Below, in pieces: positions 51,215 to 61,034 of a DNA stretch of 64,000 bases. A program made the position numbers and the translations under genes. Position 1 is the first letter of the stretch, and every line of letters starts with the position of its first letter. Source of the DNA: Tricharina praecox (Eukaryota); contig NW_026250425.1 in NCBI RefSeq assembly GCF_024521635.1, positions 310,001 through 374,000 of the forward strand, read 5' to 3'. A model generated the notes under the pieces. That model saw only the letters and a program-made list of their open reading frames with translations. It ran no database searches and was not told the origin of the DNA.

Positions 51215-53344
51215 ATGCCTCCGCCACCACCCCCCACAAACCCACTCTCGGGCAATCCCCTGCGCACCCGCGGCAACCTCCAGGAAGCGCTGAGGGCCAT
51301 CCTCACTCCGCTCGCCGCATTCACGTCTCCGGGCGGCGCGCAGGTGCGTCTGGGCGAGACAGCCGTGCACTACGATGAGACTGCTGCGAATCTCGAAGGC
51401 TTCGCGCGGCCGCTGTGGGGACTTGCGTCCTTGCTGGGAGGCGGCGCCGATTTCGACGGCCAGCAAAAGTGGGTCGACGGTCTGAAGGCTGGAACCGATC
51501 CCGAGAGCGACGAGTACTGGGGCGAAGTTAGAGATCGCGATCAGAGAATGGTCGAGATGTGTCCCATGGGCTATTGGTTGGCCCTCTGTGGCCCAGGCGA
51601 GAATGGCTTCTGGAAGGACTTCTCGGGTAAGGAGAAGAGCAATGTTGTGGCCTGGTTCGGAAGTGTCAATACTCGTGAGGTGGGTTCCATGAATATATGC
51701 CTATGCCCCACAAGTGATTGAGATTCTCATGTGTTGGTACGTATAGATGCCGAACACCAATTGGTGAGCAAGCCCGCGGCAGTCAAAAAGAAACCAAAAA
51801 ATCCTGCATGAAAGGCTGATGGAACTTCTCCTCTTGAAGGCTCTGGTTCCGTGTCTTCGCCAACCTGGCTCTCAAAAAGCTAGGAGCAGTTCACAGCGCC
51901 GAGAAGCTGGTTGCTGATCTGGACCATCTGGATACGTTCTACGACTCCCAAGGATGGTCGAACGACGGCCCTCCGGATACTTTACAGATGGACTATTATT
52001 CTGGACCGTTCGCGATCCAGACTTCGCAGTTGATCTACTCTAAACTGGCGGCAGATGACGACCCAGAAAGGTGTAAGGAGTACCGCCAGCGCGCCTTGAT
52101 GTATCTGGAAAGCCACATCCACTATTTCGATCCGCAAGGTAAGCGTGTCCGCCATCGTGCAAAAAGTATGGGCATACCCCCAACTGATCTCATCAGGTCG
52201 TGCGATCCCCTTCGGACGCTCAACAACCTATCGATTCGCCATGGCCGCTTTCTGGGGTGCCTTAGCATTTGCCTTCAGCGACCCCGGCCGGTACGAACTC
52301 CCACACACGTACGGATGGGGCGTAATCAAGGGCTTCCTGCTCCGAAACCTCCGCTGGTGGGCGCAACAGCCCATCTTCACTCCTTCAGGGACGTTGACGA
52401 TCGGATATGCGTACCCGAACATGTACTTCACCGAGAACTACAATTCGCCGGCGTCGCCGTACTGGTGCATGAAAGCATTCTTCCCGCTCGCGCTCCCAGA
52501 ATCGCATCCATTCTGGTCCGCGGAGGAAGAGGCGTACCCAACGGATCTGGAGAGCGTCGCGGCGCTCACAACGCCGCTGCACATCGCGAGCCATCTGGGC
52601 GGCCACACGTTCATCCTCTCGTCGGGGCAGGCGTGCCACTACGCACTCAAAGCGACGCAGGCAAAATACGGCAAATTCGCGTACTCCTCCGCGTTCGGCT
52701 TCTCGGTGCCGACGGGAAGCTTCAGCCTCGAGCAGCATGCCATCGACAGCATGATCGGCCTATCCGACGACGACGGCGAGACGTGGAAGACCCGGCGGCT
52801 GGCACCCGAGGCCAGGATCGAAGCGGCCGAAGGCCCGGCTGGTTACCACCTCGTTAGCAAGTGGTTCCCGTGGCCCGACGTCGAGATCGAGAACAGGCTT
52901 GTTCCGCCGACAGATAAACACCCCAACTGGCACGTCCGCATCCACCGCGTCAAAGCCGGGCGCAAATTCCAGAGCGCCGAGGGAGCGTTCGCCATCTACG
53001 GGCAGGAAGCGAGTGGGCGGCACCTCCCACCGTTCAATGGCTCCGAGGGATACGATGAAGCCGAGGGCTCTGTCTTTGCGGTCTCCAGAGCCGGCGCGGT
53101 GGGCATCGTTGAGTTAACGGCAGCGCCGAGGAGGGGTGAAGTCCTCCGCGTCGATCCGAACTCGAATCTGATGGAGAGCAGGACGGTGCTGCCGACGCTC
53201 CATGCCGACTTTGAGAGCGGCGAGGAGAAGGTCTTTGTCACGGCGGTGTTTGCCGTGCCCGAGTGTGTACCGGGCTGGAAAGAGAGCTGGAGGAAGGCGT
53301 GGGAGCAGCGGCCGCAGGTGGAGGATTACAAGATGTACATTTAA
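51215..53344 (+). CDS. DUF2264-domain protein
   Basis: [24 protein letters not shown], introns 51680..51746 and 51764..51839 around a 17-nt micro-exon giving [14 protein letters not shown], intron 52139..52196, then [21 protein letters not shown] and [15 protein letters not shown]. Confidence 0.9.
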
Positions 53345-53654
53345 AGTAGTCGAATGATAAAAGCACAAGGTAAATCGAGGTATTACGGAGTAGCTTCAAA
53401 GCAAGAATGAAAACGGGAACGTGCAAAACGGGTACCTAGGCCATTTGGTGCGTGAATTACGGTTGCGTTTATCTGCCAAGTCGGGTCTCGGCGGGAGGGA
53501 GAGAAAGAAGATCAGGGCAGGGAAGGTTGGATAGGATGTTTTTTTTTATTCAATCATCATTGCATTTGACCAGAAACCTAGACCATGGCTGCATAGGTAG
53601 GTACACACATGTCCGGTTCCTCGCCACCGTCTCCGACCACTGGCCGTGACTAAG

Positions 53655-53795
53655 CTCGGTGTGGGAGAGATCTTCAGTTTATTTCGCATGCAGCCTATCT
53701 AGACCATGGCGAATACTCAGTATAGGAGAGAGATAGAGATCTTCAGTTTATTTCACATGCAGTCTATCCAGACTATGGCGAACGCTCGGTGTGGG
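53655..53795. repeat. About 70-bp tandem duplication (two units plus the start of a third)
   Basis: GAGATCTTCAGTTTATTTC[G/A]CATGCAG..AGAC[C/T]ATGGCGAA occurs twice. Confidence 0.9.
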
Positions 53796-54974
53796 TTTCC
53801 TACCTATTGCTCCCCGTCCAGCCCTCTCCCGAGTTCCGTGCCATGAAGCCGAAACCCCGAAAGACAGATGGACAGATAGACGAAGGAAATAACGAAACTC
53901 GAAATAAATTACATATATCCGAGAAAGACGGTACAGTCGGGTACATAGGAGGTCTCGGCGGGCTCATGCTCCCCAATCGGTGCCCGTGGCGGTAAGATAG
54001 CAGTGAGATTCTGTGACGCAATAACAAAATCACAGGTGTTCACTCGACATTAGAGAACACACCACATTTGCTTCAAGAGACTTCGAGGCAATAAGATATG
54101 CAATATGCAGGTTAGTTTTGTTACAGCTGCCGCTGCCTCTACTATAACCCACTTGTACTTCAAACATACTCGGTGCCAATACCAGAGACAATGAGCAACA
54201 GGGCTGATACGGAGGTTATGAGGCCATGACTCGAGTCACAAACAGGAGCCAAAAGTTTAGGGGGGAGGGAAATGGACATTTACGCCGCTAGATCCGTAAT
54301 GGTAGGGAGGTTTACTAACTTATGCAATTACACAAGTTGCTCTGCGGAATCTACTCGAATGCTTTGATATCACTCGTTTCGAACCTAGGTATTTTCACCG
54401 GTCCAGATTTGGCCAACTTCATGCACTGAAACAAACTTACAAGCGCAGGGCATGTAGGGGATAGTCCGACGAGCTTCATCAGCTCCCTCTTCGCCGTATG
54501 TATGTACTTGGGTACGCATAGTTGCATAGGTGGCCAATTGATATGTACAAGAGGTCTTTTTCTTACGGCCGTAGCCAGCCCCTCCATATAACAGCCAACA
54601 AGTATCATTGCTCGAGCAGCACAACAACCAATCACCCATCCAGTCCCCAACATCTCGCCCCCCGCAACGCGCAACCTCGGAAACCGAGTGCACAATCATG
54701 ACCGGCTCCGCTCGGATCGCGGCTAAAGCCGGCAACTTCCGTCCACGGGCGCCGGCTAAATAGAGTACCAGTTAGTACGTTAGTACGGTTCACCGTTCCA
54801 CAGTTGTCGTGCAGCAGCAGCAGCGTGGCTCCGGCGCGAAACCCTCTCCTCTCGTCTCCCTCTTCCTCCTCGCTCGCACTTACACGTCTCCTTCCCACTC
54901 CACACACTCACGCCCGCCCGCCGAAGCAAACGAAAGCAACAGAAAGCGACTATTCCGTGCTCCGCTGACTCGCC

Positions 54975-55393
54975 ATGCCGCCGCAGTCCGCGACCGCCTC
55001 CGGCGTGCCCGCCGACACCGTCGCCGAGATCAACCGGCGCATACTCGAGTCCGGCGAGCTCCACAAGTACGTTGTTGCACACTCAATCACCTCTGAGGGG
55101 GAGTGGGGGGGGGGATCGAGCGGGCGAGGGAGGGGCTGACGGCAAGGTGTGAGGGGGGAGTGTAAAAAAGGCTAGAAACTCTCCTCCTCCAGCTACTGCA
55201 GGAATCGGGATGGACCGAGAAGCTGCGCGCGCTGTGTCAAGACCGGCTGCGCGATCCGAACGCCGCCGTCGGGAACTACGAGGAGCTGCGCGTCGCTGTC
55301 GATCAGGAGGCCAGGGAGACGGTCCCTGAGGCTGTCAAGGTCGAGATGGTCAAGAGGGTGCTGCAGGTGCTGAGGGGTATGGTCGAGGATTAG
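54975..55393 (+). CDS. SUS1: Sus1/ENY2 (SAGA DUB module / TREX-2 subunit); absent from the ORF track
   Basis: Exon 1 MPPQ..INRRILESGELH, intron 55067..55170 (GTACGT..GCTGAC..AAG), exon 2 KLETLLLQLLQESGWTEKLR..ARETVPEAVKVEMVKRV..VED*. The ESGW and VP..VK motifs are those of ENY2. Confidence 0.85.
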
Positions 55394-56032
55394 GACGAGG
55401 ACTACGGCGAGGGGGAGGGGAGGCGGAATGGCGTTATGGGGTTTGGAGTTCTACTTTATCTTCTTCTTACTACACTCGGGTTTTGTTTAGGGGATACAGG
55501 AGCTGGAGAGGTGGTAATCGGCGGTGGTGGTGCGGATATATTCTACAGGTGGTGCTGGTACCTTACTTGTTAGAAGGTGGGCGCGTCGGAAGAACTATGG
55601 ACGTGGTGGTAGTGTTGCTCTACGTGAATTCTCAACCATCTCTCGCTATCGAGGTCGTTCGCACTGGTACATACATAACTTGGGATCTCACTCGCATCTG
55701 GTCCTGCTAATCGTACCCCGCATTCATCGCACGTGTTCTGGTCTAGATAAACAGGCTGGACTGCGCATGCACATTTGCAGATCTAGAACCAGATAGCTTG
55801 GTACCCTGCGGCACTTGAAATACGGGCCGCTGCCCTGGGCGGCACCGGGAAGTTATGCGGATGTGGTGGGTGGGTGGGTGGCAATTACTTTGACTCAAAA
55901 CCCATTCCACGCATCAGTTAGTGTAGGGATCTCTCTGCACGAAGCTCCCCGTGATCATTGACGCTCCTTGCTTCCCAAAATTCAAATATGTACAATTACT
56001 ATGATAGCTACAGTATTACACCACCCCATCCT

Positions 56033-56818
56033 TTACTCATCGACCACCCGTCTCTCGTCTCGTCTATCGACGACGTACAAATTCCTGACCGTCACAAACC
56101 CCAGCAGCTCATACAGGTCCCGCGCGGGGGCATTATCTTCAAACACCGTCAACCACACCTCGCCCTGTCCCGCCTTCGCCCACCACCTGACCACCTCGCC
56201 GACCAACCACCTAGCCAGGCCACGCCGTCTATGCGGCTCCATGATCTCCAAGTTCGAGATGTACAGGCGGCGCGACTCCGCATCGGGTAGCACGGTGATC
56301 CAGCCCGCGCGCTGCGGAATCGACCTTGAGGTATCCATGACGCTGAAGACCTGCTCACCGGCGGCGTGGACTGTGTTCGCCAGGTGGGGATGTTTCGCCA
56401 AAAACCAGGCTTTTGTCGGCAGCGGCGCAGCGGCCTTGTAGCCCTTTGGCGGGAGCGGCGAGGAGCTGTAGAACGACGTCGGGAACGACGAGGTAGTCGG
56501 CGACGCCGACGGCGTCGGGTACCCGCTCGTCGTGTTCGTCGTGTAGGGCGCCGCCACTCCGAGCTTCATCTCCCGTAGCTGCGACACTTCGTGGCCTTCG
56601 GACCGCGCCCATGATGCGAGGAATGGGTCGTACGTGTTCAGTGTGTGCCATTTGGGCCGCAGCGAGGAGACCACGGCGTCCGGTACGCAGTCGTGGAGGA
56701 AGAGCCAGGTGCGCTTCGTGGGGTGCAGGGTGAAGTGCGTGTATTCCTCGGGCGACGGGTGCACGACGTGCGAGGGCGAGCTGTGGAGGTAGTGCTTTGC
56801 GATTAGGTCGTCACACAT
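56033..56818 (-). CDS. GNAT-family N-acetyltransferase
   Basis: LYISNLEIMEPHRRRGLARWL (acetyl-CoA motif A) and VWLTVFEDNAPARDLYELLGF (motif B). Confidence 0.85.
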   Translation of the reverse strand: MCDDLIAKHYLHSSPSHVVHPSPEEYTHFTLHPTKRTWLFLHDCVPDAVVSSLRPKWHTLNTYDPFLASWARSEGHEVSQLREMKLGVAAPYTTNTTSGYPTPSASPTTSSFPTSFYSSSPLPPKGYKAAAPLPTKAWFLAKHPHLANTVHAAGEQVFSVMDTSRSIPQRAGWITVLPDAESRRLYISNLEIMEPHRRRGLARWLVGEVVRWWAKAGQGEVWLTVFEDNAPARDLYELLGFVTVRNLYVVDRRDERRVVDE

Positions 56819-57560
56819 GTTTGCGCTGGAGGGTATTTTCTTCGTTTAGGTATCTGGAGGGTTTGCGGATGGAGTTGATAATGGGTCCGGATTGGAAGGC
56901 AACATTGATGGCGATGAAGGGGGAGGCTTAAATAGCAATTGCTTTCTTTGTTTCCTGCCCCGTGGTGAAGGGATGGCGAGGTGACCGAGTGGTATCTTGG
57001 TTTGATAGATCCCACGGAGAGCTAAACAGGCAGATCGTAGATCATGGCCACTGTATCGGCCATCGTCATACGTAAGGGTACTTATCTCTAGACTTAGCAA
57101 TCAATTTGTTTCTTATCCGTGGGCGAGTCGATGCGTGGCGCCCCACGGTGGAGAAACTGCATTCATGGTTGGTTCGGCAGTTTGTGTTGTTTGGGACTGG
57201 TGTGTGAAGGGATGCACTTTGCACGGTGGCCAATGATACGTTGTGAAGCTTTGGTGGTGGGGTTGTGGTGGTATAGCTATCCTGGCGATATATGTAAAGT
57301 TTGTCTTGGAGGATGAGATGGCGAGGAACGGGGTCAGTGGTGGGGGACCGGGCACAGGCCATTTCCAGGCAGGGGTGTGGCTTGCCTCGATCGTGATGTC
57401 ACTGTCATACTCTATTAGGTATACACTCCTCCCCCCACTAGAACGCCAATCCAGTGTCCACACCCCTCTCCTCCACAATTGCCGGACTCACATCCCACAT
57501 CCGCTATCGACTTCGCCATCGACAATTCATCACCACAATCGAGCATAGCATAGCAACAGC

Positions 57561-58073
57561 ATGCGTCCCGATCACCCGCCATCACGCGAGACGCTGCTCA
57601 CGGCGGCGCTCGGCCTGTGCACCGATTTCTCGAACGGCTGTTCTCCAGAGGTGCTTCTCGCACACTTCACGCACGCGGTCCCGCCAGTGGCGATCGAGCA
57701 CGGGCTGCAATCGCTGGCGCCGTTCATAGGGCGGCAATTCTTTGGCCGGGCCGAGATAACAGAGTACTTTAAACTCCTGCAGAAGTACGTGACGTTCGAT
57801 AAGATGTGCTTCTGCGAATATATCGTCGACACAGACACCATGAAGGTCTCGTGTAAGGGCCATGCGAGTTTCACTTGGAAGGAGACCGGGCAGGGCTGGG
57901 ATGAGGTGTTCACGTATACCCTCGATTTTGTCCATGAGGGTGGTGACGGCGAGATCAAGGTCAGGAGGTATCAGGTTTGGGCGGACACCGGAGCGGCATG
58001 GTTGGCGAGTAAAGGCGAGTTGAAGGGGAAGAGTGGGGAGGAGGCAGGCGAGGAGGGCTGTAAGAAGTGCTGA
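57561..58073 (+). CDS. Small conserved fungal protein, probable NTF2/SnoaL-like fold
   Basis: 170-aa ORF with EHGL..LAPFIGR.F.G, F.WK.TGQGWDEVF.Y.LDF and YQVWADTGAAWLA. The fold assignment is inference. Confidence 0.7.
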   Translation: MRPDHPPSRETLLTAALGLCTDFSNGCSPEVLLAHFTHAVPPVAIEHGLQSLAPFIGRQFFGRAEITEYFKLLQKYVTFDKMCFCEYIVDTDTMKVSCKGHASFTWKETGQGWDEVFTYTLDFVHEGGDGEIKVRRYQVWADTGAAWLASKGELKGKSGEEAGEEGCKKC

Positions 58074-58240
58074 GTTGGGATGTGATGGGGAGGTTTGTTT
58101 TGGTCTTTTCGAGATGGATTAATGTTTACTTGAGTTGTGGAAATAGCATACAAAAAAGGAAGGCTTGAAGACAGCATATCAACATCATCATTATCCACCT
58201 CCATCGACCCCACCCCCCACCCAGCTCCGACCACATCTCC

Positions 58241-59375
58241 TTACTTCAACACCTGCTTCCCATTCCATTTGCTCATATGGTTCTTTGTTTGCCCCCGCAC
58301 CCTGTTCTGATACCATATCGGCCAGCCACGGATACCAGTGTAGAGATTATACATCCTTGGTAGGACTATATGTCCGCTCTGATGCCTGAGGACCTTCTCC
58401 ACCACGGCGTCGGCCACCGTCTCCGTCTCCAAACCCGGGAGCATGAACCAGTTAGTATTCTTAAACCCCTGGAATAGCGGAGTCTTGACATATCCCTGGC
58501 TAACGAGCGTAGTCCTGACCTTCGGTGCATTATACCGATGCACCAACTCGAGGCCCAGGCCTTCATGGAAGCAGTGAGCCGCCGCCTTGGAGGAATTATA
58601 GTCGACCATCTGCGGGGCAGCCATGTATGCGCCGATGCTAGCGACGGTAACGACATGTCCGTGGTTCGCCGAAATCATCGCGGGCAGGAATTCCCGCGCA
58701 AGGTTGAAGTGGCTGAGCGTGTTGACGGCGAAGGTGAGCTCGTTGTCCTTTGCGGAGGAGTCGAGGATCGTCTTGCCGCGGCATACGCCGGCGTTGTTGA
58801 TGAGGACGGTAGGGTTGCCGACCTCCTCGCGCACGCGTTTGCAGACTTCGCCGATGTTGTCGGACGAGGAGAGGTCCACGGCGAAGAAGTGGACGTTTTT
58901 GGCTGGAGGCGGTCGTCAGTCAGTGGGTGGCACCACGTGAGCCACAAATTCCCATCGGAGCCATACCAGCTTCGTACAGCAACGGCTGCACATCCAGAAC
59001 GACCACCGCCTTGATGCCCAGACCCGGCTTTGTGAGCTCTCTCACCATCGCCGCGCCAATACCACTGCTGCCACCGGTAACCACCACGATCTCGGATGAT
59101 GGGCTGAACTTATCCCGCCGCCAGTTATTCGAACTCATCTGCGACAGAAACCCATTGATTCTGCCCACGAGGCCGAGCGCAAGGAGGATTTTGAACTTCG
59201 AGAATAGCTTGGCTCCGCGTGGTCCGAGTGACTTGAGGAGAGCTTGCCCGCGAGGGGTGTACTGGAGCGCGAGGAATATCGGGAGGGTTAATGTTGGGTT
59301 GAGCAGGGTCCTTTTAAGTAGGATGGTGAGTGCGTCGAGCGTGAAGATACCTTCACGCGGGAAGAAGGGCGCCAT
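58241..59375 (-). CDS. Short-chain dehydrogenase/reductase (retinol dehydrogenase / 17-beta-HSD11 / Tda5-like)
   Basis: TGGSSGIG, intron 58903..58966, LINNAG and catalytic YNSSK. Confidence 0.92.
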
Positions 59376-61034
59376 CGTGAGGTGGGAATTTCGATATCGA
59401 TCGTATGTTCGTGAGGATTTTTTCGAGTGATAAGCTGGTGAACCGCAAAAAAGGAATTCGAGTTCTCTCGGAAAACAGGAAGCCCATTCCTGCCCTTTAT
59501 GATCGATCTCTACTCGTGGGCTTGGTTCACATGGAAGACATAACTACCTATCCGACCCGTCCGCCCAATGAACTCCATCATGACCTCGGCCGCTGAGCTA
59601 GCCACTGGTGTGAATGCGGGGAAGTTGGCTAAGCGATGTGGCCTTCCTGTTTGGGGATTGTGGGGAACAGAAGCGGGACCTTCTTGAGACGGTTTGGGTA
59701 CAAGATAGAGTGTATATCGATGTTCACGAGCAAGTATGTAGACATCGGTAACTATTGCTACCGTGATGGAAGCGAGGATGTGTGGTCCGATTGGTGGTGA
59801 CGAAGTGGATGTTTCCTCTACCCACTCCGCCGCTCGCCCAGACACCTGGAAACAATTAATTGGCCATGGAAAAGCACTTTGGATGGTGATCGATGAAGAA
59901 GCCCACCGACGTCCCAACAGAATCTGGATAACTGCCCTTGGGAGGCCAAGACTAGGGCTGTATATAACAGTGTAACGACGAGCTGAGGAGTTCTGGCCAG
60001 TGGCCATGCAGTTGAAGTCAGTCCACCGTACTATTCGCGTGCTCTGAGTTGTACATACTACTACCTATACAGGTAGTAGCAGCCTTACACCTGGATAACA
60101 ATTCGATATTCACATGGGCATGGTCATCGTCATGGTCCAGGAATATCCCATGCCTCCAATCATCAATGCCTTCACAAAAAGCGTGCGACGCTAGGATTGG
60201 CATGCGGCCGATCATGAATCCAAGATTCCATGGGCCCAAAATCCACTTGATATTCCGTATCCGGAGAATCGATGAGCGCGCATCCGATCCACCCCCGAGT
60301 ATCTGGAGGACGTCTGCTGCTGGTTGCTGGTTGGGTGGCGGTGACTGGGGCGGCGGGGGCGGCGGGGGCGGCGATGCGGCTGAGGAAGCCCGCAGAACAG
60401 TCGGGCCGGGCCCAAAGATTTGGCCCCAGTGCAGTGTGCACCCGGCACGTGAAAGCGGGCCAGTGTCACTTGACTTTTTTTTCTCTTTCTTTCTTTCACA
60501 GACCCTCCCAATTGTGTTGCACGCCGCTGAAATTTATCATTTCAGCTGTCTACACGCCTAAATCCGATACTTCAAGCTTTAGAATTCATCGTCAATGTGT
60601 GCACTGTCTGATTCCAGGCATGAAGCGGAACTCACCTCAAACACATGCCCAATCCATTTCCGCCTTTGTCCTAAAGGTTTTAGAGAAACACCTTTAAGAT
60701 CTTTAGCGCGTCAAATATGGATTGCAAAGATTGGACTGGTGTTGTTGTCGTTGCCAAGCCAACACATAACGCGATCAACGCGGTCGTCGACTACACGTGT
60801 GCACCTTCATCTCCATCTCATCCTACCGACGAATTCTGCAGCCATCGAAGCACTCAGCCCTACCGAAACACCACATTACTGGGGGTCTCACGCCTTGCCT
60901 CCAGCCGAACGCGTAGACTCCGATACTGTGTTCACACGACTGGAGAAAAGAAAAAAAAAAGAAAGATATGCCGGCGGCCCCGCTTACTACGTCGGCTTAA
61001 CAATCGCTAGATACTTTATACCCGCTCTACTCTC

